A stretch of DNA of 64,000 nucleotides, taken from NCBI RefSeq assembly GCF_006345805.1, contig NC_043000.1:86056001-86120000 (forward strand). The letters are read 5' to 3'. Below the pieces are notes generated by a model. The model made no database searches, had not been told where the DNA came from, and worked only from the letters and a program-made list of their open reading frames with translations. Numbering within the stretch: the first letter of the stretch is position 1; every line of letters starts with the position of its first letter. Positions 1 through 13,930 of this stretch are shown here, piece after piece. The DNA comes from Octopus sinensis (lineage: Eukaryota). A program made the position numbers and the translations under genes.

Positions 1-432
1 AAAGTTATTGTTGTGGCTGATGACAGTACCACCTGATTGGCACTTGTGCTGGTGGCATGTAAAAAAGCACCATTTGAGCGTGGTCGATGCCAGCACTGCC
101 TGATTGGTCTCATGCTGGTAGCATGTAAAAAACACCATTCAAGTGTGGTCACTGCCAGTGCCGCCTGACTTGTGCATGTGCCAATGGCATGTAAACAGCA
201 CCATTTGAGTGTGGTCAATGCCAGTACCGCCTGACTGGCACTCATGCTGGTAGCATGTAAAAGCACCCACCACACTCTCAGAATGATTGGTGTTAGGAAG
301 GGCATCCAGCTATAGAAACTTTGCCAGATCAGATTAGATGCTGGTGCAGCCTTCTGGCTTGCCAGCCCTCAGTCAAACTGTCCAATCCATGCCAGCATGG
401 AGAGTGGACGTTAAACGACGATGACGATGATG
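1..432 (+). mobile_element. Non-autonomous repeat with ~55-60 bp tandem subunits and an RTE-type 3' tail ending in (GAT)n
   Basis: Repeated tggcatgtaaaaagcacca...gccagtaccgcctgactggc units, then ttaggaagggcatccagc...ccatgccagcatgga..gacgttaaacgacgatga. The same tail recurs at 13136, 17330, 27958(-), 53556 and 54495. Confidence 0.75.
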
Positions 433-463
433 GCGGTGGCAGCAGCAGTGTGTGTGTGTGTGT

Positions 464-510
<47 letters not shown>

Positions 511-639
511 TTGTTTGTTTGTACATATCTTTTGGTGATGTTTATTGGCAAAAGAGGTAAACCTCAACAAGAAAATCAAAATTACAAATTCCTTTGTGAT
601 ATTTGTTCCACATGAGTAATACAGACAATCCTTTGTTGC

Positions 640-2220
640 TAATGTGATTGTAGTTGTGGTGAAACAGCGATTGACTATTTAGTAAAAAGGAGTCAACGAA
701 TATCTTGTTTACAAAATGTTATATGAAATATAATAAATAAGTGAGAAATAAATGAATTAAAACTGAGAAAATTAAGTTAGATTTAGACATTGAAATTAGA
801 GAATGAGGATGAAATTACAAATATCAATGCAAAGGAATTGATAGAACTGTTAATGTATGATGTAACAAAATAAGACTTAGAAAGGAGTACCACATAACAA
901 AATAGAAGGAGAAAGGAATACAATATAGGGAATAGAAAAAACTTAGAAAGGAGTATGACATAGAGAATAAGAGAAACTTAGAAAAGTGTATTATAGGAGT
1001 ATCAAAGTATTGTGACATAGTGAAGTAAACACCAGAAATAACATTATAGATATAAATATATCCTATCTACCTTAACTACCCAGTCACAAACTTTTGCTTC
1101 AATACACTGGAAGCTAAGTGAACTGAAAAATTTTGATAGGAAAACCAGAAAACTTCTCATTTTATTCTGAACTCACCTCAGCTTAAAAGCTGATATAGAT
1201 AGGATTCCCCAGGTACCCAGGTACCCTGACACAAATAGAGCTATTACAAAATAACTACAGTGGGTTTAAGAAAAATATATTTAGATGCAAGCAAAGGCAG
1301 ACTGATTTGTAAGAGAGAATATGAAAAAAGGAAAAAATCTTTTTATACAAGAAACAATAAAAATACAAAGAAAATACATAGCAGAAACTGAAAAAAAAGA
1401 AAGGTTTAGATAAAAGCAAGAACATTATAAAAGTTTAAACCAAAATATAAAATTAAAGCAGAATTCCCAAATATACTAAAGAAAACAAAAACAAAAAAAA
1501 AACAAACAAAAAACTAAGGAAATGGAATTAACTAAAAGGAAAGAAAAAATGACTTGAATGTATCAGATTAAAAGCAGAAATAGAACTTTGATTTTAGCTA
1601 AACAAAAAGAAAATGGTACCAAAATAGATTAATAAAATAATGAAACAATATTAAATAATGAAGCAAAAGGCTACATAACCAACACATACAGCAACCCAAC
1701 CTATATATACTATATAACCAACACACACATCAACCCAACCTATATATATATATATATATAAACTGACCACTTTATTTGTGGCTATCCAGTCTTAAAAAAT
1801 GATGTAATGCATCCATAGACATGACTGTATTGGTAGTTATATCCATTTGACAAAACTGGAATTGAAAATAGAAGATATAATGAGTATACACCATATCCAC
1901 TGTGCGAAAATCACAATCACATAGCTATGATACTTCTGGGACAAGCATGCCCAGACCAACATGGAGATCAAAGTGAACCCTTATCATAAAAGAAATAAAA
2001 GGAAACCTGTGTATATTGGTAGACATCACAGTTAAAAGAGCACCTAAAAGGAAATTGAAGACCTATTAAGTAAAATGGATGTGAAAGATGAGAGCGAAAA
2101 TAGTACCAATACTAATTGTTAAACTTGGTATGATAAGGAAGAATATGAATAAAACATAAATGCCATAGCTGGATGCACAACATCGTACACAATCCTCAAA
2201 ATAACTCTGCTAGATATTGC
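640..2220 (+). pseudogene. Highly degraded Dong/R4-type non-LTR retrotransposon (RT C-terminus + restriction-like endonuclease)
   Basis: Remnant motifs by manual translation: ELKNFDRKTRKLL (~1120-1160), LKAE.. (~1570), DHFICGYPVL (~1765), ILWD-like (~1930), VP.....LGMI (~2100). Many stops and frameshifts. Confidence 0.6.
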
Positions 2221-2347
2221 TACTTACACACACACAAACACACACACATACATGTATGTAAGTATGTATGTTTGAGTATATGTGTATGTGTGTGTATGTA
2301 TATATGTGTGTGTTTATGTATGTATATATGTGTGTGTGTATGTATAT

Positions 2348-2656
2348 CACGTGATCACATGACCGACCAGGATACCAGATGTTGCTACACATCGCTGGTC
2401 ACAATGCGCTTCGCATTGTTTTAGCCTTCAAATGACGCTACCCTGCTGGCTAGGTGAGCAGGCCAACAGAAGAAAGAGTGAGATAAAGTTGTGGCAAAAG
2501 AGTACAGCAGGGATTGCCACCCCCCCACTGTTGGAGCCTCGTGGAGCTTTAGGTGTTTTCGCTCAATAAACACTCACAACGGCCGGTCTGGGAATCGAAA
2601 CTGCGATCCTACGACCGCGAGTCCACTGCCCCAACCACTGGGCCATTGCACCTCCA
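2348..2656 (-). mobile_element. tRNA-derived SINE (OR-like head, tail type 1)
   Basis: Minus strand starts tggaggtgcaatggcccagtggttggggcagtggactcgcggtcgtaggatcgcagtttcgattccc (A and B boxes). Head shared with 41141-41533 and 38876-39026. Confidence 0.8.
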
Positions 2657-2696
2657 CGTGTATGTATATATGTGTGTGTGTGTGTGTGTATATAGT

Positions 2697-3565
2697 AATC
2701 ATAAGGGCACACAAGGTGCCTACCTGCTAGAAAGAGGAGTTAGAATCCTCAGTTAAACCACCAACAACACTGAAAATATTCAACAGAAAAACAACTGTAG
2801 TTGGGCAAAAATTTCAACTTGTCCTGTTGAAGTCTGCTGGCATTCTGAATTGTTTTGTGCCAAAATCAGAACAGCTCCAGTGTGAATATACCAATAGAGA
2901 GTAAATTTTCAGAAGTGAATATTTATACAGATATTTTTATTGCTGTTATTATCTGCAGTAAATGTAAATAGTTGACAATAAAAATAACAATAATAATATA
3001 GGTGGTTGCAGGCCTTAAATAGCATTAGATAGCTCTAGAATTAAAATTTACATTTATCATAAGAGCACACAAAGTGCCTACCTGCTAGAAAGAGGAGTTA
3101 AAACCCTTAGTTGAACTGCCAATAACAATTCAGAATACCTGCAGACTTCAACGTGACGAATTGAAATTTTTACACTTGGTAAAACTTGCTGATGAAAGTT
3201 AAGCCTTTTCACCAAAACTAGAAATCAGGATTCAAGTATATCCAAATACCAAAATATATAGCATTGAGCTGTCTTGATATGTTAAAATTCTTTAACCCGT
3301 TCACCCAACTACTATTGCTTTTCTGTTGAATTTTTTCAGTGTTATTGGTAGTTTAACTGAGGGTTTTAACTCCTCTTTCTAGCAGGTAGGTGTCTTGTGT
3401 GCCCTTATGATAAATACAGATTTTAATTCTATAGCTGTCTAATGCTATTTGAGGCTTGAAACCACCTATATTATTGCTGTGGTTATTATCAACTATTTAT
3501 ATTTACTGCAAATAATAATAGCAATAATAATATCTATATAAATTCACTTCTGAATATTTACTCCT
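2697..3565. mobile_element. Direct + inverted repeat arrangement typical of Penelope-like pseudo-LTRs
   Basis: cataag(g/a)gcacaca(a/g)gtgcctacctgctagaaagaggagtta occurs at ~2700 and ~3058, and inverted at ~3365-3411. 3410-3565 is the reverse complement of ~2900-3060. A degenerate HHR core (ctgatga...ccaaaac) lies at 3189-3218. Confidence 0.6.
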
Positions 3566-3624
3566 TAAAAAAACCCAAAAAAACACACACACACACACAC
3601 ACACACATGTATGTATCTAGATCA

Positions 3625-3870
3625 TAATCATCATTGATTTAATTGTTTTAGTGCCTACATTTCCATGCTTGCCTAGGTCAGATGGAATTTGGTGAGGAAG
3701 ATTGTTTATGATAAGATGTTCTTCCTCTTGCCAACCTTGTCTGTTTCCAAGCAAGGTAATATTTCCCAATGACAAGTCATGTTTTTCAAAGAAAACTAGA
3801 AACAAGTGGCTCTGTGTGATGGTGACAATTGTTTGTAACTACCCCATGATGTCAAGGCAAGATGATACAC
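3625..3870 (-). mobile_element. Degenerate RTE-tail-related repeat (related copies at ~9660-9880 and ~12600-12830)
   Basis: Shared tttccatgcttg..ggtcaga..ga..gattt...ccttcct...ccaac..tcac.tgtttc..ag.aaggtaatatttccc blocks. Confidence 0.55.
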
Positions 3871-3949
3871 ACTTATACAGGCACACATATATCAACACAA
3901 ACACATCTACATATACACACACAAACATGCATGCACACACACACATACA

Positions 3950-4093
3950 CATGATGGACTTCTTTCAGTTTCCATCTACCATATCCAGTCACAGGGTTCG
4001 ATGAGATTAGGGCTATAGTAGAGAACACTTGCACAAGATGTTATACATAGGACTGAACCTGAAACCATATGGTTGGGAAGCAAGTTCTTAACC
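3950..4093 (-). mobile_element. SINE family A, 5' part
   Basis: ttctttcagtttccatctacc...acacttgcacaag...actgaacctgaaaccatatggttgggaagcaag, matching the copies at 17747 and 25608. Confidence 0.7.
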
Positions 4094-4139
4094 ATAGATC
4101 GATCGATCGACCCACCCACCCATATACCCATCGATCCAT

Positions 4140-4174
<35 letters not shown>

Positions 4175-4511
4175 TGAGAAATGATCAGAAATGCAACCAG
4201 TATATCATCATACATCAGGAAACCCACTTTATTATGGACTAATTATGGATAAATACATCGTCTGTGAGTATGAAATCTCTCCTCATATCTCCAGAATTCA
4301 AACCTACTTCATTATGGATGGGTTTACTTTTTCATTTTCTGTGAAACTAAGAGGTTTTTTAAAATACTTTTTTAAAACCTGTTATATGACTGTGCAATAC
4401 TAAAGAACTTTGGAAGTCCGTTTATTATCTAAATCTGATTTTTATAGAACTATCCCTGATGTTTCAGGAGTGTAGCCTCACCCCCTTAGATGTTTTGAGA
4501 ACTCAGATGTT

Positions 4512-4603
4512 TTTTCGGCTGATGAGTACGGGTCACTTGTATTTGCTGCAATATTTGCAGCCTTAATAAAGCTGGTCTTTGTACGAAACAATTGTATCGA
4601 AAT
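4512..4603 (+). ncRNA. Type I hammerhead ribozyme motif (PLE-type) inside a ~570 bp element flanked by (TA)n (~4170-4745)
   Basis: Stem I ttttcgg/tcgaaaa; core CTGATGA at 4519; stem II closed by GTAC/GTAC; GAAAC-AATT-GTA cleavage triplet. Confidence 0.7.
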
Positions 4604-4764
4604 ATTGATCCATTTTTTTCACTTTTTTCTTGTTTATAATCACCCCGCATTATCTTATGGTTAATACCATATAGATTTCTGGTGCATCTAAGTTAAGTAC
4701 CGCATTCATGTGAATTCAACAGAACTCACTTGAATCTTAATCGCTTTTATATATATATATATAT

Positions 4765-5260
4765 TCCACTCCCACATACCCCACCCTACCTCCACATCCT
4801 CACCCTAAACCCACACCACACACCACCAAATCACATCACACCACCCAGCACACACTAGCACTGACCACTTCCTAGCATCCACACATTACAGATGCACACA
4901 CTTAGACATGCACACATCCACACGTTGAATTCACCAGGCCCTGTCGACATGCACACACTTATACACTTTCACATACACACACACACACATCTTCGTTTTG
5001 GGATTACCAATACTTTATTATCTCCCCTTCTTCCTATTTCCCCTGCCTAACTACCTCTGTCCAGCCAGCCACCATGATTGACCACTAGCTCCAAAAGTTA
5101 TTGTCATTCTCTCTCTGTTTATTTCCATGTGTTCCTTCTGTTGAAGAGTGTAGGCTCGAAACATAAATGACTTTCTCACCTTCCCAAGTGTTAAACCAAT
5201 ACACCTGTTTGTTGTTTATACACCTGTCTTCGTCTTCTGTTTTTCTGTAAATTTCAACTA
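4765..5260 (+). mobile_element. Penelope-like 3' end (CA-rich region, HHR-like motif, T-rich tail) in (TA)n
   Basis: ctgttgaagagtgtaggctcgaaac at 5138-5162 followed by a tail related to those at 14000-14140 and 52350-52470. Confidence 0.55.
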
Positions 5261-5559
5261 TATATATATCAGCAGCTAGGTGCAATATAATACCATAAAG
5301 GAAAAATATTTTCAGCTACATCTGCCTTACAACTTTCTTCACCATAGCCACCATAAAGAAGAAAGCTCTTCACTCATCCTTGCCACAAAGGTGAAGAAGG
5401 AAGTTCAATCTTCATGATAGCTTTGAATCACACCCAAACTGATCCATACTTGGTAATAACTGTTAAACATAAATGCACAAATAAAAAATACACTGACACT
5501 AAATGAAAGAATGTTGAATGGTTTTGTTCCTCTGCACAATTTCTTATATTTGAGGTATA

Positions 5560-5818
5560 GTTAAGTGATTGAATTGACCCCAGTATTTGACTATTACTTT
5601 ATTTCATTGATCTTGGAAGGATGAAAGCCAATGTCAACCATCACAGATTTTGAACTCAGAACGTGAAGATGGATGAAATACCACTAAGCATTTTGCCCTG
5701 TGTACTCATGATTCTGCCGGCTTCTCACCTTAATAATGATGATGATGATGATCCTTTCTCCTATAGGCACAAGACCTGAAACTTTGGGCAAGGGAACTAG
5801 TCGATTACATTGACTTGA
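5560..5818 (-). mobile_element. SINE family B fragments (two pieces)
   Basis: gaaggatgaaagccaatgtcaacc...tttgaactcagaacgtgaag...gaaataccactaagcattttgccc...attctgcc matches 16656-16888. Confidence 0.65.
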
Positions 5819-6949
5819 TAGTATTTTTATGGGAGTTTGAAAGGTTCTGCTTGATATGATAACTTTGATATGAGATCAAGTTTCACAAAGGAAACTAAAA
5901 TAGATCCAAAGGTTTAATTCGAAGGCAGAAGCTGAGTGATTAGAGATTCTGGTCTGAGATTGGGTATTGAGATAGCTTTATCCATGCTCCTGAGAGGGCT
6001 AGTTAAGGAAGCACTTGTTAATTATATAGTGAACTATTTACAACCAGATAAAATGGGAAAGTGTAAGTTAAGTTTATTAGCTAAGGAGAATGTTGTACTG
6101 AGAATGAAAGTGAAAATTTATTGTCTAAATTTTGGACAATTCATTGTCCAAATTTGTCCAGCAATGATTTCAAGCAAAATAGAATTCTCCTTCCACCAGA
6201 GTAATATTGGGTTTGGAAAGTAATCTCAAACCCAAAAGCAATATTAAAGCATGGTACTAACATCATTATTTCCTAAGCAACAAATACTAGTGAACTTTTT
6301 GAAAGATAAGATCTTTGGTAAATACAGATGTAACTCAATTAGAATTTAATTAGAGGTATTCTAGCTGGATTGGCAGATTCTCTTGTAGAGAAATAAAAAA
6401 AAATTACATAATTGAAACTGGTGCTGAAGCTCTGGGAAAATATTTTGTACTACTATCCACTACAAATAAAGAATCAAATAGATTTCTAATTCCAAATACT
6501 TTACACAGCACTAATGAAACTATAACCAACAACGTTAAGTCATTAAATACTAAATGAGAGACTAATTAAATTTGGAAATGTCAAAAGGCAGGGAATATAA
6601 GTACTTGATTATCTATTATCAAAGAAAATATGGTTAATTGGGAAAAGTATAAGACTTATTGACAGCTGTAAACTCTTTCGATACCAACCTGCTTTAAATC
6701 ACCCTTAGTTTTATGATACAAAAGTGAGGAATTAAAGATATAGAGCTTACAAACTGTGGCTCAGACAAGTAGTAAAATCTATCAAAACCCAATCCAAACC
6801 ACGTAATCTTACAAATTTATTGTCAGTATATGATGAAAATTTGCTATAAAAGCTATCGTGAACAGATAACAATGATAATAATAAGATATGACAATAATTA
6901 TAAGATTGCATTAGCAAATATAAATCCAAAGAAATGATCATACACGCAC

Positions 6950-7750
6950 ACATATTTATATAATCTGGACAATTGTAGAGAATGTTGTTTAAATGTGAAA
7001 TAGATATTGGATAACAATCAAGTGAACTGCACTAGAGTCTCTCTGATACTGCAAATAGCAGTCCTGGTAATTATCCATGGACACCAGCAAACGACAATAA
7101 TCTTTTCTGTAATTTTTGCTATCCAATTCAGTCCACTTCGATTGGATCTATTTATTTTGCAATATCATACTGCAGTATGAGAGGTCAAGATGATCTTTGT
7201 CTGCTAGAAATTAATGAGCATCTGGGGAGATACATTTTCTTAACATCCTGACAAAGTAAAGATCTAAACTTTCTTTAACCAGGAACCCTATAATTGGACC
7301 ATGTGAGATCCTATAGGATATAGATATAAAGGAAGTTACTTCTAGATCCTTTCATAAATTATTTCTGTTAGAGTGAATGGAAAGAGAGGTAGGATTTATG
7401 TAATATTTTCTCCAACTAAACAGAAGAGTTTAAATGTTACATGAGCAATTTTGCCAAAGAAATTTTGTGGGCTTCTTTTTAATTCCTGTATTCTTTCCTT
7501 TATCTATTCATTCTTTTATGGACAACCCTATAATTATAAGAGATAAATACATGAATCCTGAATATATTTTTAACCTCCCATCACCAAATTTTGCTGAACA
7601 ATGAAGTCTTTTGTTAGTTTTCCTAATATTCAAATCTCTGATTGTATTTGATGTTTGTTGATGGCTGTACCACAGATATTATGTACATACTGCAAACTAT
7701 GGAGTTTAACTGCAGGCATAGCACAAAAGTCTGCCACAATGAAATACTGT
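6950..7750 (-). pseudogene. Possible very degraded Penelope-like RT remnant
   Basis: Minus-strand LLSNIYFTF (~7020) and LTKDFIV (~7615) weakly resemble PLE RT motifs. No continuous ORF. Confidence 0.25.
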
Positions 7751-8977
7751 CACTTCTATAATATCCTTGCTCATGAGGGCACAAGGAAGGAGTAAATTAG
7801 ATGGGAGTGGTCATAAACCTCCATCTATTCACACATCTCAATCTTCTGCATATTACAAGAACCAAAAGCACCCTGGTTACGAAATGGGTGATTAAGTCAT
7901 TATTAAACTCATAAAACAGAAGAACTCAACATGTATTATAAACCCATAGCTAACCACAAATTCATAATCTGAATATATTTTAGTAACATCAAAATAAAGA
8001 AAAAAAAATCTTTGTCAATGCAAACCAACAAACCACAGAATGTACTTCAGACAACAAATGTAATATAAAGATTTCATGGAAGTTGTAAACTTCATGACAC
8101 AAACTGTTATATTGGAGACACAAATATGATTCTATCTCATTAAACAACTATGCATTTACATCAAAGAGCCATCAGAATTCCTTATCTAGCTTCTTTCTAA
8201 AAATCTGTTGATGAAGGATATTATGAATGTACAGAACTAAGTGAAAAGAAGTTATAAGACATAATTAATTAATGTGAGGGAAAATATAGGCAAAAGGATT
8301 TGTAACTCTTTTGGTTGACACCTTTCCACTGGAGACTGCCTCCTTTCAAAATGTCCTATTTAAAATTAAAACCTTTCACCAAAATGAGTCACATAAAACA
8401 ACTTAATAAAGGAAAAAAAAGTTATCCCTTCTAAATTCATGATGGTTTTCAAATTAAGTGAAGCACAGAGGCAGTGTATTTTATTAGAAATATCATCATA
8501 TAAGGGTCAACACATTCTTTATTTATGAAAACTAAACAATTTTCTGCAATTGATTAGTTCTTCAAATTCAGACTTTGCAATATTTTGTTAGAATAATTAC
8601 TTTTTTTGCGATTTCATGATTTTATATTATCTAGCTTTTCTTCTATTAGAAACGGAGAATCTTACATGAAATATTATAAGATCATTAAACAATATAATAC
8701 GATCATTAAGTTAATACAATATCTTCTCACTTTGTTTTCATTTATTGACATCACCATAGCTATTTTGCCTGATTTCTTACTTGCATTGCCCAAAGGTTAT
8801 TTATATCACTCCTTTTCCTTTCTTTTTTTTGTAACAACATATTAGGGGTAATTAATGTGTCAATAGTGAAACTAGTGACCTGTCAGTTCATGATTCAGCA
8901 CCTTTTCCATTTACACAGTTGTCTTACATTTTTATATCCTTATTACAATCATGATACATTTCTTTACAGTCAACAAA

Positions 8978-9204
8978 AACCCTTTCGTTACCAACCCGGC
9001 TGAAACCAGCTCTGACTCAAAGTATGAATGTCCATAAGTTTTGAATTAAAATCTTCCACAAAACCTTAGTCACAATTTATGTTCCTAACACTAGCTGAAT
9101 GATAACTAAGTTAACTAAGTTATTCTACTAAATTCTTTGTTATATTTAAAGTAATCGAAAGAAACGCAGAGCATCTCAAAATAAATACAGTAATGAAAGG
9201 GTGA
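8978..9204. mobile_element. piggyBac-like MITE (related copies ~8305-8510 and ~58942-59169)
   Basis: Termini aaccctttcgttac...gtaatgaaagggt with degenerate TTAA-type flanks. The internal sequence is shared, inverted, with 58942-59169. Confidence 0.6.
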
Positions 9205-9608
9205 AAATACTGTATTCTGGGACAGACATGAAAATACAGCATTCCTCCAGTAATTGAACTTTTATCTATCAATTATGTGTCTACTGACTGTTTTTCCAGT
9301 GATATTTGGTCACTTCACATGACTAAAGCTCCCCAGACAACAAATGACTAAATACATTTTACATTATGTAACTATTAAGGTGAAAATAGATATTTCTTTT
9401 ATATTGAGACTCTTTTATCTATTATTATACCATTTATATGATGTTTACTGAATTCTTTGTACTGAAATCAATTTTTGATTGCTTTAAACTATGGCTATGA
9501 AAGGAAGGTCTTGGAGAAATACTTGTATCTATGATTAAACAAAATTATTTCTTTCATATAGTGATTAATTTTTCTTTTCAATATAATTATTGATAGGTGA
9601 ATACATAT

Positions 9609-9656
<48 letters not shown>

Positions 9657-11173
9657 TGTTTTTAAAAATCTATTTTTCCATGTTTGTATGGGTCAGACTG
9701 AATTCATTGAGGCAGATTTTCTACCCCAATGCCCTTCCTGCCACTAACTCTCACTTGTTTCTAGTATAGGTAATACTTCCCCATGAACAAACATGTTTTC
9801 AGGGAAGACTGGAAACAAAGGACTTTGCTTAAATGATAATGATAATCGATTATTATTATCCTATGATATTAAGACAAGGACACACACATGCATGCACATG
9901 TCCTGCATGTGTGTGTGTGTGTATTTACATGTAAATATAAATGTACTACAGAGAAGGAAAATCTTACTTGAAATGTATAGTCTGTTTGTAGTCTTTAGCC
10001 TTGTTATTTTATTTTTGTTGTTCAATACATTTAATGGTTCTATACATTTAATGGGTAGCACTAGTTTCACAACCACTGATGCTTTTAGTGTCCCATTCTT
10101 TCATCCAACATCTGTCAAGACTCAAACTTCTTGGAACCACAAAAAAGACTGCAGACCTTTGATTGCTTCGGTCATAACATTACATACATCTCTAATGATG
10201 AAATTTATCAATTTCCATAGTATCCTTATTCACATGGGGGCATAAGGAATGTGTACATTAGGTGGAAGAAGTTGAAAACATCTGGTTTCTCACATAGCTG
10301 TATCTTCTATGTGCTACAAGAATCAAGTACACGCTATTTACAGAATGGTTGTATTGCAACATGTATCACAAATCATAGCTAACCACATAAGGATAGTTAG
10401 AATATATTATAATAATACCAGAACGGAAAAACCTCCTCATCAGCATGAAACCATAAAATAACAAAAAAACAGAAAACATGGCAGAAAACTAATGTAACAC
10501 AGAGATTTCAATGTAAACGTGAAAGTTGCAAACTTTATGACTTAAACTTTTAAAATGGACATACAAATATGACTCTCTACCCCCAGTTGACAATGTCTTT
10601 ATAACAAGGAACCATTGTAACTCATGATAATGCAACACTATAAAAAATAAATTTGAAAGAAAAGCACTAGTTGGCAATCAAACAATTTTATATAGAATTA
10701 AAAAAAAAAGGAATGATAATGATGGAAGCTTTACTAATAGCAAAAATATATAAACCAAGTATCAACACAGATATATTATCATGTGTAGAATAAAACATGA
10801 TATCTGTCAGGATTCAATGGTTGTATAATTTTTAAATGTTGCGTTGATAAATTTATCAGTTTCAACTACATTCCCACGATCCTTTGCAACTTGTGAAAAA
10901 TTCATGTAAACAATATGATATTATTATTATCCCTTCATGTCAATAAGGTTTGGAAAGCTATGAAGTATTAATTAATGAATTTATGAACACTTTTTGTTCT
11001 AAACTAAACATAGAGGACTAATTAGGAAATATGAAAAAAACAGTTAATAAAAATAATTAAACGCAAACATAATCATATATTTAATGTGACTCACAGATGT
11101 GTGCACACATACTGATATGTATGTTCATACATACATTCATACATGCATGCATACATACAAACATATATATATA

Positions 11174-12421
11174 TTGGGTCATCCCATAAATAATGCGGCT
11201 CTTTTTGAATTGCATGAACTAAAAGTCAGAGAAGGATGGGATAAACTACCTGCATCAACTTGTTATAAAAGCAGGCAGTAATTTTACTTGTCCTTATTCT
11301 TAGTGCAAGTTTTGAAGAGTGCAGTTCGATTTTAACAGTTAATTTTTCAAAGCTATAATGGAAGTGATAAAGGAGCAAATTTGGTATATTTTGCTTTATT
11401 ATTTCAATAAAGGCAACAATGCAACAGAAAGTGCAAGGAATATTAATGCAGTATATGGGGATTGGACAATAAGTGTAATGGTGGTTTCAGAAATTCTGAG
11501 ATGGAAACTACAGCCTAGAAGATGAGCTTAATCCTGGAAGATCTGTAGAGTTCAATGAGGATGTCTTGCAAACCCTGGTGGAACGAAATTCCCATAATAA
11601 CTGTTGAGGAACTAGCAGAAAAGCTTGGATTTGGTCATTCAAACATTCATCGACACCTGTGTACCATAAAAAAAGTCAGCAAATTGGGTCAATGGGTTCC
11701 TCATAAACTTTCCAAGTCTAATCGTGTGCAGAAAGTGAATGTCTGTTCTTCTTTGCTGTCACATCTTACGAATGAACCTTTTTTGGACTGAAAAGTGACT
11801 GGTGATAAGAAATAGGTTCTCTATAAAAATGTCAAGGGTCGAAGACAGTAGGTAGGAAAAGGAGAAACACGGGCATCCCAGGCTAAAGAAGATCTTCACC
11901 ATGTAAGATGTTATGAAAGGTTTAGTCCACTTTGAACTTTTAAACCCAAACCAAGTGATAATGAAGGAGATCTACTGTGAGCAGCTTGAGAGGCTTAAGT
12001 TAGTGCTAGAAAGAAAATAACCATCTTTGGTTTCAAGACGAAAGGTGTTCTTTCATCAGGATAATGCTCAGCCACATACAGTGAGGATGACATTCCAAAG
12101 GTTGGAGCAGTATGAATAGGAAACGATGCCCCAACTCATCATATTAGCCAGACATTGTCTCATCATTTATCTTTTATCTTCAAAATCATTTGGACAGAAA
12201 AAAAATATGAATTCTGTAGACAAGGTCAGAACAGTACTGGATGAGTATATTTTGTCACAGACAAGTGAATTTTGGAAGAGGAGCTTTGCAAGTCTACCAG
12301 ATAGATGGAAAAGCATTGTAGAAAATGGAGGAGAGTATATTTTAGATTAAAAAGGAACTTTGTTCATCTTAATTTTGAAATATAAAAGAAGTATAAAAAA
12401 ACGCATTATTTATGGGATGAC

Positions 12422-12425
<4 letters not shown>
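11174..12425 (+). mobile_element. Full-length but inactivated mariner transposon
   Basis: TIRs ttgggtcatcccataaataatgcg / cgcattatttatgggatgacccaa flanked by TA. Transposase remnants include WVPHKL, HQDNAQPH and LPDRWKSIVENGGEY, with stops and frameshifts. Confidence 0.92.
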
Positions 12426-12491
<66 letters not shown>

Positions 12492-13135
12492 AATGAACAA
12501 ATGAAAGAAAGCAGCTCTGAACACATTTGGTTGGAGTTACAAGTATATAATAATAGGTGTATGTATGTGTGTGCATGTGTATCATCATTGTTATCATCCT
12601 CATTATTTTAACATTCCCCATCCCATGTTTGGCATAGGTCAGATGAAATTTGTAGAAGCAGATTTTCTACAGTTTGATACCCTTCCTATTATCATCTCTC
12701 ACCTACCTGCAAGAAGTATTTCCCCATGTTTGAACATTTCTCAAAAAAGATTTGGAAACAAATTACATCACTTGTATGATAGCAACATTTGTTTACAACT
12801 ATAGCACAATGTCATGACAAGACGATACAAACACATACACATATATACATACACACGCAGAATGATTTCGTCAGTCTGAGAATATAATGACTCAGTTGTC
12901 ACATGAGTGATGTTCATTGTTTCTAGTGTTCTGTGGAAAAAAAGCATCTAGCTATAGGGAAATATTACCTTGTTTGGAAACAAGTAAGTGTTGGGGACAA
13001 GAAGAGAATGTGGTTGACTCATACAAGCATAGAAAAGTTAATGTTAAAACAAAGTTATTTACATACATACATGCATACACACATGCATATACATATACAT
13101 ACAAACACACACACACACACACACACATGTCCACA

Positions 13136-13722
13136 ACCCGTGGCCTTCTACATGGGATGGAGCCAGCCTACGTATGCATACCTTCCCTTCTTGGGACACA
13201 AAACTCTACTTGTGAAGACATGTTGAGGCAAGTGAGGATCAGAATCGAAATCGATCAATGGAAATTGCAGATGTGCTACCAGTGCCGGTGGCATGTCGAA
13301 ATTCTGCTTGTGAAGACCCATTGAGGCAAGTGAGGATCAGAATCGAAATCGATCAATGGAAATTGCAGATGTGTTACCAGTGCCGGTGGCATGTAAGAGA
13401 ACTTTCCGTTTCGCGACCGTTGCCAGCACCGCCCCGTTTCGTGTCCGTTGCCAGCCTCGCCTGGCCCTCGTGCCGGTGGCACATAAAAAGCACCATCCGT
13501 TCGTGGCCGTTTGCCAGCTCTGTCTGGCACCAGTGCGGGTGGCACGTAAAAAGCACCCACTACACTCACGGAGTGGTTGGCATTAGGAAGGGCATCCAGC
13601 CGTAGAAACACTGCCAGATTTGACTGGGCCTGATGAAGCCTTCTGGCTTCACAAACCCCAGTAGAACCGTCCAACCCATGCTAGCATGGAAAACAGACGC
13701 TAAATGATGATGATGATGATGA
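13136..13722 (+). mobile_element. Young copy of the RTE-tail repeat with an internal ~98 bp tandem duplication
   Basis: tgtgaagac..ttgaggcaagtgaggatcagaatcgaaatcgatcaatggaaattgcagatgtg is present twice (~13210, ~13308). CpGs are retained. (GAT)n tail. Confidence 0.8.
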
Positions 13723-13785
13723 TATATATACACACACACATACTTATATACTTATATATACTTATATATACCTATATATATATAT

Positions 13786-13818
<33 letters not shown>

Positions 13819-13930
13819 TGTGTGTGTATATGTATGTATAGATATTTTTATATATATATATATAGGTATATAGGTATATATAAGTATATAAGTGTGTGTG
13901 TGTGACACACTTATATATGTCAATATATAT

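Noticed and set aside
30-270. CRISPR-like repeat-spacer appearance
   Set aside because: Spacers are mutually similar, the context is a eukaryotic retroposon, and there are no cas genes.
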